DNA of 64,000 bases from a virus (IMGVR_UViG_3300037851_000345:60067-124066); one strand, 5' to 3'; counted from the stretch's first letter, positions 26,573-35,906 are shown. Notes: a model not told the origin generated them from the sequence alone. A program made the numbers and translations.

Positions 26573-27103
26573 GGGTTGGGGAACAACCCGTGGCGGGATA
26601 AGCCACAGCAGTCAGAAATAGGAGGAAAAACTATGACAATGCTACCAACAAAAAAATTCAGTCCAATGCTACACCCACGTTCAATTTTTGAGCCGTGGTT
26701 TCAACAATTTTTTGATGACAATGAAGATTCATTCTTCAGCAAACTGATACCGTGGGATGAAAGAATGGGTTCAATGGATTTCGAAAAGACCGAAAAGGAC
26801 TACATCATTTCGGTAGATGTCCCAGGTCTGACGAAAGAGGATGTTCATGTTGATGTTGAGGAAGGAGTAATGACGATATCAGCAGAGAGAAAACCGAAAG
26901 AAAAGAAAGATGGTATCGAATACATCGTCTCCGAGAGAAGTTATCGTAGGTTCAGCAGAACCTTCAGGCTTCCCGAAGATGTGGACTTGGAAAAAGTCGA
27001 TACCAAGATGGAGAACGGAGTGCTGACCCTGACCATCGGTAGAAAAATCAACAAGAAGTCAGCCAAGAAAATCGAAATTAAGTAAGGGTCTGTTCCCCAA
27101 CCC
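26573..27103. repeat. 13-bp perfect inverted repeat flanking hsp20
   Basis: GGGTTGGGGAACA (26573-26585) and TGTTCCCCAACCC (27091-27103). Confidence 0.9.
26633..27085 (+). CDS. hsp20: Small heat-shock protein (Hsp20/alpha-crystallin)
   Basis: DVPGLTKEDVHV, ERSYRRFSRTFRLP, ENGVLTLTI; ATG after AGGAGG. Confidence 0.93.
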   Translation: MTMLPTKKFSPMLHPRSIFEPWFQQFFDDNEDSFFSKLIPWDERMGSMDFEKTEKDYIISVDVPGLTKEDVHVDVEEGVMTISAERKPKEKKDGIEYIVSERSYRRFSRTFRLPEDVDLEKVDTKMENGVLTLTIGRKINKKSAKKIEIK

Positions 27104-27113
27104 TATTACAAAC

Positions 27114-27124
27114 TGTGGTATAAT
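27114..27124 (+). promoter_or_regulatory. Extended -10 promoter with adjacent RBS
   Basis: TTACAAACTGTGGTATAATTAAAGTAGGAG. Confidence 0.7.
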
Positions 27125-27141
27125 TAAAGTAGGAGTGAAGA

Positions 27142-27558
27142 ATGAAAAAGGATAAACCCAAAGACTATATCGCTGAAGTCGTAAAGATTCAGAAGAGAAA
27201 ATTGTCCCACATCAAATTGATGAACGAACTGTTCTTCTTTATCAGCAGGGTCGCTACAACCGAACTACGACAAGAGATGGGGATGCACGGTCAGAATCAG
27301 GAAGAGTTCAGCCGATGCATGAATAACCTTCACAACATTCTCAGCGCAGGGGAGAACGAAGTCCATCGGAAACTTGCGGCCTTTGTCGATATCGACCCCA
27401 AGGTGAATGAAATGCTCAGGAACGAAACGCTGAGATGGTTCGAAAAGGAAGACCACGCAATCATGTCTACGTACTTGGATATGAACTCTTACTACGACAA
27501 GGACGAGAAGGAGTTCAGGAAACAGGTACTAGCCGCCTTGAAGAAAGAGTTTCGGTAA
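27142..27558 (+). CDS. Hypothetical helical protein
   Basis: Promoter plus RBS; core-like codon usage. Confidence 0.65.
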   Translation: MKKDKPKDYIAEVVKIQKRKLSHIKLMNELFFFISRVATTELRQEMGMHGQNQEEFSRCMNNLHNILSAGENEVHRKLAAFVDIDPKVNEMLRNETLRWFEKEDHAIMSTYLDMNSYYDKDEKEFRKQVLAALKKEFR

Positions 27559-27725
27559 GAATGAACTGTAAAAAGTGCGAAGACTTTGAATGGTACGACC
27601 TAGCAAACTCTTCGGGAGATTTGCTCCCGTTCGACCCCACGAAAGTTGACCGAGACCATTGTGTTTGGTTCTTGGCGGGTGGTGGTCAGGATATTATCCC
27701 CGTAGAATAAAAGAGGTAAAAATAT

Positions 27726-28352
27726 ATGAAAATAATTCACCAAACAGCAGAATTACTAACAGACGTTAATCAAACAGAGATTCTACAGCGGCTAGAACTC
27801 TACGGAAGGAACTGCTACAAGTCTGAACACAAGATTTCAGCACACTCCTATCTTGCCTTTATTAAGATGCTCCTACAGCGGAAGCATATGTCCGTCTTGG
27901 AACACGTCAACCTGACCGTAAGATTGATTACCGACAGGGGAATGTTGGCTGAAATCACACGCCATCGACTTGCGAGTTACTCCGTGGAATCAACACGGTA
28001 CATCAAGTATGGGGATAGTGTAAATTTTATTTGGCCTTTCTACGATGAAGATGGCAGAGTAAAGGAAAATAACTTCGAAATGTCCCCGTGGCAGAAAGCG
28101 ATGCTCAATGCCGAAGAATCCTACCACGAACTGCTTCAAACGCTGAAGCCCCAAATCGCTAGAAGCGTTTTGCCGATGTCATTGGCTACGGATATCGTAA
28201 TGACGTGCAACCTAAGAGAATGGCTCTACATCCTGAACCTGAGACAAGCAAAGGGAGTCCACCCGCAGATGAAGGAATTGATGGGTCAGGTGTATAAAAT
28301 ATTTAACAAACGTTTGCCTGCTATTTTTAACGAGGAAACGGTTTGTTGCTAA
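27726..28352 (+). CDS. thyX: Flavin-dependent thymidylate synthase
   Basis: HMSVLEH; RHRLASYSVESTRY signature; NLREW...LR...HPQM. Confidence 0.93.
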   Translation: MKIIHQTAELLTDVNQTEILQRLELYGRNCYKSEHKISAHSYLAFIKMLLQRKHMSVLEHVNLTVRLITDRGMLAEITRHRLASYSVESTRYIKYGDSVNFIWPFYDEDGRVKENNFEMSPWQKAMLNAEESYHELLQTLKPQIARSVLPMSLATDIVMTCNLREWLYILNLRQAKGVHPQMKELMGQVYKIFNKRLPAIFNEETVCC

Positions 28353-28353
28353 T

Positions 28354-28385
28354 TGTGGTATAATGACTACTAATTGTGGTATAAT
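28354..28385 (+). promoter_or_regulatory. Tandem-duplicated extended -10 promoter (21-bp period)
   Basis: CTAATTGTGGTATAAT occurs twice (TGTGGTATAAT at 28354 and 28375). Confidence 0.75.
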
Positions 28386-28405
28386 TTAAGTAAGGAGTGA
28401 ATAAA

Positions 28406-28645
28406 ATGTCAACAAATAACAATTCAGGTAGTTCGGGCAGGGTGGGTCTTTCTGCCGTCCTATTCATCTTGTTTCTTGTACTGAAACTGACAGGGAACAT
28501 CAATTGGTCGTGGTGGTGGGTAACATCCCCCCTTTGGATTCCGTTGGGTCTAGTGGTGGGACTTGGAGTAATCGGTTTCGGAATTTACGGACTGCTAAAA
28601 CTGCTGACTGTAAAAAGGAGAATAAAAAGGAGAATAAAAAGATGA
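28406..28645 (+). CDS. Small two-TM membrane protein
   Basis: LFILFLVLKLTG.INWSWWWVTSPLWIP pattern. Confidence 0.7.
   Translation: MSTNNNSGSSGRVGLSAVLFILFLVLKLTGNINWSWWWVTSPLWIPLGLVVGLGVIGFGIYGLLKLLTVKRRIKRRIKR
28611..28641 (+). repeat. Tandem 12-bp repeat containing an RBS
   Basis: TAAAAAGGAGAA x2 plus partial TAAAAAG before ATG 28642. Confidence 0.8.
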
Positions 28646-28950
28646 ACTACAAATTTAGAAAGAAACCCATTATAATCGAAGCCTTCCAAATGACGAGGGA
28701 AAGAAGGAATGATAATTCAGATTGGCCTTTTTGGTTAAAACTTGCGTGGACTAAGCCGTGGCACGAAGTTGGCTCGGTAAATTCAGAAAATTGGCCTCAC
28801 GGCACAGGTGAGGATAGGTTGATGATCCACACGCTTGAAGGTAAAATGACCGTGGGGTGGAATGACTTCATTATCCAAGGTGTGAATGGCGAACTGTATT
28901 TATGCAAGCATGACATCTTTGAAAAGACCTACGAGGAAGTAAAGGAATAA
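28642..28950 (+). CDS. Conserved phage protein (RKKP...D(Y/F)II.G..GE.Y.CK.DIFEKTY family)
   Basis: KFRKKPIIIEAFQ...NDFIIQGVNGELYLCKHDIFEKTYE. Confidence 0.75.
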   Translation: MNYKFRKKPIIIEAFQMTRERRNDNSDWPFWLKLAWTKPWHEVGSVNSENWPHGTGEDRLMIHTLEGKMTVGWNDFIIQGVNGELYLCKHDIFEKTYEEVKE

Positions 28951-29183
28951 TGATGGAAGAGTTGCAAAAGTGGATAGAAATAATTGATTCCACTTTAAAA
29001 AACCAACAAGGGTAAATTGATGGGTTAATAAAATTGAACCAAGAATACGTTGAGATTTTTAAACAAATCTGTAACGATATTCAAGAGTTGAAGAAGAACA
29101 AAACAGAATTGGATATATCCCAAAAAGGAGTAAGAAATGAAGGAAAAGAAAGAAGAGACACCTACGAAGGTAAAGGTTACTGA
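28950..29183 (+). pseudogene. Coiled-coil ORF interrupted by in-frame TAA (29013-29015)
   Basis: MMEELQKW...NQQG*IDGLIKLNQEY continues in frame for 55 more codons. Confidence 0.45.
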
Positions 29184-29967
29184 GGCCGATTTTAATTTTC
29201 TGAAGAAAGTGAACGGACTGAAGGACGATATCCTCATCAAGAGGATTAAAATGCAGGAGAAGGGAAAGAAGGAAAAGAAAGAAGTTACGACTGTGCTTGT
29301 CGTGGACGATGCGATGTCGTACATGGTTCAAGCCACGCAACTAGCACCTGTCTTCAAGGGAACGAGTTTCGGGATGAAGAACATCAAGGGATTCCTGAAG
29401 GCCGTTACGACTTACGGCGAGATGGAAGAACACGGCGAGAACTTCGGATATCTGTTGTTCACGTCCGACAAGAAACGAATCACGTACAAGAAATTGGACG
29501 AGACCACGATTCAGCAAGTGTCCCTGCCCATAATTGACACGACAGGCTACGTTTCAATCAGTCTGACCCAAGAGGAAATCAAGGAGATTCAGGATGGGTT
29601 AAAGAACGACCTGAGCGATTTCGCTTCGCTTATCGTTGGTGCAGATAACAAACTGACGCTGAAAATCGGTGAGTTGTCGTTCGACAACATCTACGAGCAA
29701 GAGATCAAGGAAGTTACCCGCAAGGACGTAAAGGACAAGAGTGAAATCAAGTTCCTCACCAAGTTGGCATACCTGACACGGTTGTTCACACTTGTGGACG
29801 AAGGCTCCAAGACCACGCTGTTCCTGAAGGCCTGCAGCCCGCTGATTTTTGTCGAAAAGGGAAGCACCACGCATACCAAGACCATCATTGCTCCTGCTGT
29901 AGACGCAGAGGACGAAGGGAAGGTAGATTCGATTATCGGCGAAGGGGAATTGGAAGAGGACAACTAA
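29137..29967 (+). CDS. gp45: Sliding clamp (T4 gp45/PCNA-like)
   Basis: Clamp-like alpha/beta pattern, PCNA-like end (PLIF...TIIAPAVD); lies upstream of the clamp loader. Confidence 0.6.
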   Translation: MKEKKEETPTKVKVTEADFNFLKKVNGLKDDILIKRIKMQEKGKKEKKEVTTVLVVDDAMSYMVQATQLAPVFKGTSFGMKNIKGFLKAVTTYGEMEEHGENFGYLLFTSDKKRITYKKLDETTIQQVSLPIIDTTGYVSISLTQEEIKEIQDGLKNDLSDFASLIVGADNKLTLKIGELSFDNIYEQEIKEVTRKDVKDKSEIKFLTKLAYLTRLFTLVDEGSKTTLFLKACSPLIFVEKGSTTHTKTIIAPAVDAEDEGKVDSIIGEGELEEDN

Positions 29968-29969
29968 AA

Positions 29970-30530
29970 ATGACACCTGAATTAAAAGGGACGATGTATG
30001 ACATGATTATGATGCATCAAGGCCTCTACGTGGCAGCGACTATTGATGAAAAAGGCGACCGCAAAGAAAGGACAGAGTGGTAAGATGGTTGGAACGCTTG
30101 CCACATGGATATTCAGGAACAATTTTATAAGTACGAAAAGTGGCTTGAAGAACTACCCGAACAAACTAGACTCCACTTGGAAGAACTCATAATGGGTGAA
30201 GCCATTGCCGTTTGTAAGGACAAGGAAGAAAAGATTCATCTAATTATAAATTGTAACGATGAGTTCATTTGGGGTTGCGGCGATGAAGAAGAAGTCTTGA
30301 TGGAAGAGTTGGACGAGTTCTACAAAATGTGGAGCGTGGATAAGTGTAACGCTTACAGTTCCAATTCGATGCTGTGGGTCTGTCGAAAGAGAAAAATGAA
30401 GCCGCAGAATCCCATCGTGGATGATATGAAAAAGGCGGGGCTTTGGACAGCAGAGTGGGAAGCATTGCCCGATAACGAATTTGACGATGCGTTTCTCGAT
30501 GAATGTAAAGCGGAGATAAAAGTAAAGTAA
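29970..30530 (+). pseudogene. ORF split by in-frame TAA (30081-30083); the downstream part 30105-30530 may be expressed alone
   Basis: ...ERTEW*DGWNACHMDIQ... reads in the same frame on both sides. Confidence 0.5.
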
Positions 30531-31387
30531 TGAAAATTTGGAACGAGTTCTACCGTCCACGGACGATTGACGAAATGATGCTCCCTGCCGAACAGAAGGA
30601 AGTATTTAAGCAGTACTTAGAATCAGGACTGCCGAACGTAATCTTTTACGGCAGTCCAGGCACAGGCAAGACAACAACGGCACTCATCTTCCTTCGGGAG
30701 TTGGATGCCGAACACCTGAGATTGAACGGTTCCGACACAAGGGGCATCGACGTCGTGCGGGAGCAAATCAAGAATTTTATTCAGGTCAAGGCTTTCAATT
30801 CCAAGCGTAAAATCGTGTTCTACGATGAAGCCGAAGCCCTGACCCCTGACGCTTTCAAGGCGTTGAAGGAAATGACGGAACGCTACCATCAGACAGCGAG
30901 TTTCATCTTCTGTACGAACCACTTGTACAAGTTCCCCGAAGCCATCCGAAGTCGTTGCACGTTGTTTAACTTCACTAAGCCAATCAAGGAAGAAACGATA
31001 AAGTATCTCAAAGGAGTGCTTGAAAAAGAAAAGGTTAAGTACGAACCCGAAGCCCTAGACACGGTTTACCGCCTGTGCGGGGGAGACTTGCGCAGGGCAT
31101 TAAATTACCTTCAACGGTATTCGATGTCGGGAAAGTTGGAACTACCCGAAGAGACGTTCGGAGAAATTTGGAAAATTATCAAGAGTGGGAACATCGTGGA
31201 GTTGAAACGGTATTTTGCGGGACACAGTGTAGACTACGATGGCCTGTACCGCTTCCTGTTCGAAAGGACGGAAGACCCGCAGAAGGCAATCCTGTTGGCA
31301 AAGTACGCTTATCAGGACGCTCTGTGCGTGGACAAGGAAATTAATTTCGTGGGGTTTGTTGCCGAACTATACCGCATCAAACAATAA
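30530..31387 (+). CDS. gp44: Clamp loader AAA+ subunit (T4 gp44/RFC-small-like)
   Basis: YRP, GSPGTGKTT, DEAE, SRC, GDLRRALN. Confidence 0.93.
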   Translation: MKIWNEFYRPRTIDEMMLPAEQKEVFKQYLESGLPNVIFYGSPGTGKTTTALIFLRELDAEHLRLNGSDTRGIDVVREQIKNFIQVKAFNSKRKIVFYDEAEALTPDAFKALKEMTERYHQTASFIFCTNHLYKFPEAIRSRCTLFNFTKPIKEETIKYLKGVLEKEKVKYEPEALDTVYRLCGGDLRRALNYLQRYSMSGKLELPEETFGEIWKIIKSGNIVELKRYFAGHSVDYDGLYRFLFERTEDPQKAILLAKYAYQDALCVDKEINFVGFVAELYRIKQ

Positions 31388-31390
31388 ATA
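31384..31390 (+). promoter_or_regulatory. Late promoter
   Basis: ATAAATA directly upstream of ATG 31396. Confidence 0.5.
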
Positions 31391-31395
31391 ATAAT

Positions 31396-31683
31396 ATGGC
31401 AAAGTTTAGAGTAATTGAACGCAAACGAAAAGGGTCATATGGCGCCGTGGCTTTACAAAAACATTTCCAAAAGAACAAGGAATGGGAAGACTACAAGAAA
31501 AAGGTAGCGGACGAGAAAGAAAAAGCCGAGAAAGACAAAAAGGAAGTAAAAGAACAAACCCTAGCAGGCGCAGGATTCCCCACGGCAACTGCTGACGGAA
31601 AACAAGCCATCGACAAGATGCCTTTAGGGGTAAAAAAGAAAAAGAAAAGACGGATAATCAAAAGAGTCCTACCAACTGTTTAG
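31396..31683 (+). CDS. Small basic late protein
   Basis: MAKFRVIE start; Lys-rich. Confidence 0.6.
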   Translation: MAKFRVIERKRKGSYGAVALQKHFQKNKEWEDYKKKVADEKEKAEKDKKEVKEQTLAGAGFPTATADGKQAIDKMPLGVKKKKKRRIIKRVLPTV

Positions 31684-31713
31684 TTCGATAAAGTAGGAAC
31701 GAAGGAGTTAAGA

Positions 31714-31962
31714 ATGGGTATTTACAATTACGTCAATTTTCAAATCAATTGCCCTACCTGTAATCATTTAATCACCCAATTTCAGACGAAGGACGGTGAT
31801 GGTTCTTTTGATACTGTAGACTTTAACGAAGTCAACAATTTCTACGGCATCTGCCCAGGTTGTCAATCCTTCGTGGAATTTTATTATTCCCCTGATAACA
31901 AAGTTCGCACGATTGAAGATTACAAAGTACGTGTAATAAAATTAGGAAGAAATGGGAAGTAA
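31714..31962 (+). CDS. Zinc-finger protein
   Basis: CPTC...FQTKD...CPGC. Confidence 0.7.
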   Translation: MGIYNYVNFQINCPTCNHLITQFQTKDGDGSFDTVDFNEVNNFYGICPGCQSFVEFYYSPDNKVRTIEDYKVRVIKLGRNGK

Positions 31963-32023
31963 TTATGGGCTTTGTCCCGCCATCATTTAAGGATTACAAA
32001 AACCTGATTGGTATTGGTTACTA

Positions 32024-32188
32024 ATGAATACAATTAAAGCAATCTTAGGTGCCAAAGCAGAGGGACAGGCTGCCGATGGCGTCATCAATAAATGTCTACC
32101 AATGGAAGAATTTAGAGAAATAGTTTACGAATATTACCCCACGTACAGAGACAAAATCAAACTTTGGGAAAAGTTGCATGGAAAATAA
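32024..32188 (+). CDS. 54-aa protein ending in the DKIxLWEKLH motif (missed by the ORF track)
   Basis: MNTIKAILG...YPTYRDKIKLWEKLHGK*; no clear RBS, TAATG overlap with a short upstream ORF. Confidence 0.5.
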   Translation: MNTIKAILGAKAEGQAADGVINKCLPMEEFREIVYEYYPTYRDKIKLWEKLHGK

Positions 32189-32549
32189 TTCACCTTTTAG
32201 ATTTGCCAAGCAAATTCAACAGGGAGAACCGCTGAACCCTGACGAAATAAAGGAGTTTCAGCCGTACTTGCTCAATCGGCTTTACTACTACGCAGGGTAC
32301 GAGAAGTATGCCAATCTGCTGAACGTGCTTTGGAGTTTGCCGAAGGAAGCGCAATACAAACTGTTCTGCACCCTTTACAAAGGCGTTTATCCGAAAGGAT
32401 GGATTAAGTCAACCAAGACGAAAGAACCAAACTTGATAGAGGTTGAATATTTGAAGAAAGTTTATAAAGTTTCTACGAAGGTTGCGAAAGATTACGTCGA
32501 ATTGCTGACGAAGGAAGAGAAGAAGGAGATTCGCCAGAGGTATGAATGA
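32178..32549 (+). CDS. gp62: Clamp loader small subunit (T4 gp62-like)
   Basis: SPFRFA...PYLLNR...ANLLN...QY...W.K...EYLKKVY..S.KVA...LT pattern; follows gp44. Confidence 0.7.
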   Translation: MENNSPFRFAKQIQQGEPLNPDEIKEFQPYLLNRLYYYAGYEKYANLLNVLWSLPKEAQYKLFCTLYKGVYPKGWIKSTKTKEPNLIEVEYLKKVYKVSTKVAKDYVELLTKEEKKEIRQRYE

Positions 32550-32773
32550 TACCCAAGACGTGTCCTTTTGGTAATAAAGAGAAACTATGGTCAATTCTAC
32601 ACAATAGTTGTCAGGGTTATAGAAAAGGATGGGCTGCTCTCAAAAACCTTTCATCTTGGCCAAACGGGCATTGTAATGGGTGTGCTTTTCTCGCAAATAT
32701 TGAGGATGCGGGAATATTTTATGCTCCGTACTACATCCCGATTCAAATTATGAAGGTAAAAAATGATTCGTAA
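32546..32773 (+). CDS. Cys-rich mini-protein, paralog 1
   Basis: MIPKTCPFGNKEKLWSILH...C...CNGC. Confidence 0.65.
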   Translation: MIPKTCPFGNKEKLWSILHNSCQGYRKGWAALKNLSSWPNGHCNGCAFLANIEDAGIFYAPYYIPIQIMKVKNDS

Positions 32774-32960
32774 AGATTGCCCCCTCAGCAACAAAGAGAA
32801 ACTTTACGTAATCCTTCACCACGAGTGTACCCTTCATACCCATCCCAATTGTTTAAAAGGCTGTAGTCTTTTCAAAAAAAGAACATTGAAAGCAACGTGG
32901 TCATCGGAGATTGTGAGGGTTGTCATATTTTTGAAGAGCGGCAGAGGATTTGGGATGTAA
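32763..32960 (+). CDS. Cys-rich mini-protein, paralog 2
   Basis: MIRKDCPLSNKEKLYVILH..C...CLKGC. Confidence 0.65.
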   Translation: MIRKDCPLSNKEKLYVILHHECTLHTHPNCLKGCSLFKKRTLKATWSSEIVRVVIFLKSGRGFGM

Positions 32961-32967
32961 TAAAAAT

Positions 32968-33177
32968 ATGATACCTAAAAATTGTTTGCTTACTGATAAA
33001 GGGAAATTGCTAGCGACCTTGAACGGGACGTGTACGATTTATACCCCTACAATTTGCAAACTCTGTCCGTATAGAAAACCAAAATATCGTAGTATTACTA
33101 ACCCCTTTGCTGATTATATAATGGATGAATGGGGAAGAGCGTTATTAGAAGAAACCAAACAAATAAAAATAGAATAA
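32968..33177 (+). CDS. Cys-rich mini-protein, paralog 3
   Basis: MIPKNCLLTDKGKLLATLN..C...CKLC. Confidence 0.6.
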   Translation: MIPKNCLLTDKGKLLATLNGTCTIYTPTICKLCPYRKPKYRSITNPFADYIMDEWGRALLEETKQIKIE

Positions 33178-33191
33178 GGAGGAACCATGAA

Positions 33192-33590
33192 ATGATTCCA
33201 AAAGGATGTCCCTTTTCTGACAAGCAAAAACTGAAACTCATTCTACATGGTCGCAATGGCATTTGTCGAGGCCATCAGGAAAAGAATAATAACGAGGCTT
33301 ATGAGTTGTGTGGGTGTTGTAAGAGTTGCCAATTTTTCGACCAATCCGTGCTTACGTCGTGGACGTATATTCCGTACATACAGCCGTATCTGCAACCCCA
33401 TCAACCCACACAGCCGCCAAGCATCACCACGACTACCGTACCAAACACAAGCGGCGGGACGTATTGGGGAGACCTTATCACCGATAACTATAACTACACC
33501 GTCTATTACGCCCCAACAAGTTATAAATATTCTACCCTTGTATCGGGAACTTCCCCATCCCGAGCAATTTTACAACCGTCTGTGGTATAA
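33192..33590 (+). CDS. Cys-rich protein, paralog 4, with Pro/Thr/Tyr-rich tail
   Basis: MIPKGCPFSDKQKLKLILH...C...CGCCKSC. Confidence 0.65.
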   Translation: MIPKGCPFSDKQKLKLILHGRNGICRGHQEKNNNEAYELCGCCKSCQFFDQSVLTSWTYIPYIQPYLQPHQPTQPPSITTTTVPNTSGGTYWGDLITDNYNYTVYYAPTSYKYSTLVSGTSPSRAILQPSVV

Positions 33591-33591
33591 T
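33581..33591 (+). promoter_or_regulatory. Extended -10 promoter
   Basis: TGTGGTATAAT then AAGGAGG. Confidence 0.7.
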
Positions 33592-34843
33592 TAAAATAAG
33601 GAGGAATGATGAACGAGATAAAACAAGACGATTTCTGCCCATTTGGCGAACAATTCCACGAACAATCTGAAAAATGTTTGGAGTGCGATTTGTACGATAA
33701 TTGCTATGAAAATGAGCATGGCGATGAGGAATGATGGACGAGAAATATTTGGAAAACAAATTCGGTGAATTTTTCAAAACATCACTACATGACGGAACGA
33801 TTGATTTTAACGATACCATTAAAATTTTCAAGCAAATCTACCTCGACGGTCGGCGTGACGGGGCGAAGGAACAATTAATGTCAATCAAAGAAAAAGTGAG
33901 CAAACTGCATCCACAGTACGAAACAAAGACTGGATGGGATATTCATATTGATAGAGTGATTGCTGCCATAGACGCTGCGGCGATCAAGGAAGAAACATGA
34001 AAAAAATATCATCGCTTAATGTTGACCAGATAGGATTCATAAATGCTCTTGATGGGGAAATAACTACATTTACGGTCAACGGAGAAATGGCCTCGGTTAC
34101 TTGGTTTAGACAGGGCGACAAGGACATTAACGGCAAGTACGTGATTATGATTACGTATTTTCCAGAGGAGGAAGCATGACACCCAACGAACAGATCGCAA
34201 AGGTGATGGGATGGACATATGGTGATTTAGGCTGGCGTGATAAAGACGGATACTTGATGGAAAATAATGTTGCAATCAAACTCCTCTCGCGCATGGTGGA
34301 TGATGGGTATAAAATAATTTTAAGAATTTACGAAGATGGGTGCGGTGCAGAAACAGCCAGGGGATATGAATACCCAAGGGCGGTTTTTATTAAAGGGAAA
34401 AACGCTAAACTCGCCGGCATCGTTAATCTGTTTTGCAAAGTGTATGGAATAGAGGAGAAAGCGTGAGCGTTAAACTGAAGGCGTTAAGTATAGCCCAATA
34501 CAATCTTTTAATTAGGGCAATAGACCAAGCAATTGATTGTGAAAAATCATTGATTGACGCCTTTAGTTTGCCGTACAGTTATTGTGATTCAATAAAAATT
34601 AAATCTATTGTTGGAGAAATAAATATACACAAGGACAATAAAAAAATAATTTGCAATATCGAAAAACAAATCGAAATGTATAGAAAGTTAAAAAAACAAC
34701 TAAACGCCCGCGCCAGCGGTGAGGAGGGGAAATGAAAAGATTTGTTTTTCTATTCATTATCGGGGTGATTATTTTAATGTTTTGCGGAATTGCATATTTT
34801 CTTGTTTTGATGCCCATGGTTACGTTTTTCGTTTGTTTGTTCT

Positions 34844-35209
34844 TTGATGGTGATATGTGCGATGTTCGCGGATAAAAATAAGATAGCCCGCGTATTCCCT
34901 TCTAAAACAAATGTCACCCCGATAGACGAACACGTCTATTTCGACGTTCCGGGCTTATTCACTCCACAATATGACGAGGTTCATATTAGCACCGTTTTCT
35001 CTTGGGATATTGAACGGGCTAAGTGGCTTGCCAATCAATGGAAACGGCATGGTAAAGTTATATTGGGCGTCCCGGCGGTCAATGATCCTGGCGGCGATTT
35101 CGAGCTGGGGAAATATCTAAAACCGGGATATGTAATCACGTCATCGGACAACATAGCCCAACTTGCTTACCAACTCGCCGATGCCATGCTAAAGGAGCGC
35201 GAGAAATGA
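34844..35209 (+). pseudogene. Truncated radical SAM gene fused to an unrelated C-terminus
   Basis: RVFP.KT...DEVHIS..FSWD...GYVITS breaks where RGC-CxxxCxxC is expected, then AYQLADAMLKEREK. Confidence 0.6.
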
Positions 35210-35642
35210 AACAGCCATGCGTGCATGAGTGCGTTTGTGGTATGGCACATTTCTGCCCAGATAATAAGTCTTGCGAACACTACACCCCATCCCTGCTGCC
35301 GGTGCTGCACAGATATAGGATGATTTGTCTTGAAAGATCAAATAGGCTTAAAAATAAATCGGAAATAAGCAAGGCGGCAATTTTAATTGGCAAATGCGAA
35401 GCGATAAGGAAAATTATCGCCCACATGGAGCGTGAGAAATGAGCGACAGACAACTATACTATGGCGATGGCCACAAGACCATCGGACCAGCCGAGCCGCC
35501 GGATACGCCATTTGATATTGACGAAATGCGCAACGCAATGAACGCTTGGAACACCCGCACGAGCGGTGAAGCAAAGCATGAGCGTTAAACTGAAGGCATG
35601 TGAATGTGGTAGTAACGATGTTAAGTTGTATATAATACCAAT

Positions 35643-35653
35643 TGTGGTATAAT
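35643..35653 (+). promoter_or_regulatory. Extended -10 promoter
   Basis: TGTGGTATAATTAAAGTAAGGAG. Confidence 0.7.
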
Positions 35654-35672
35654 TAAAGTAAGGAGAAAAACG

Positions 35673-35906
35673 ATGGCTAAAAATAAAAACGAAAGCCTTT
35701 ATGACCCTTGTCCACTCGTGGACAAGATGGACTCAAAGCAGAAGGGTCTTTTTAAACTCAACGGGATGGAATTTGTATTAATCCATTTTCCAGAATTAAA
35801 AAGTACCTGTTGTTCTACTTGTTCGTATTTTAAAGAAATTTTACCTAAATCTTACACTTGTCGTAGATTTTATTTCACTACAGAACAGTTTGAAGATGCT
35901 GAATAA
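35673..35906 (+). CDS. Cys-rich small protein
   Basis: CPLVDK...CCSTCSYF...CRRF. Confidence 0.6.
   Translation: MAKNKNESLYDPCPLVDKMDSKQKGLFKLNGMEFVLIHFPELKSTCCSTCSYFKEILPKSYTCRRFYFTTEQFEDAE

Larger units (their letters stand above)
33606..35655 (+). other. Mosaic cluster of about 10 short overlapping accessory ORFs (e.g. 33731-34000, 33997-34179, 34176-34466, 34463-34735, 35206-35442)
   Basis: Chain of ATGA/GTGA-coupled small ORFs bounded by promoters at 33581 and 35643. Confidence 0.6.
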
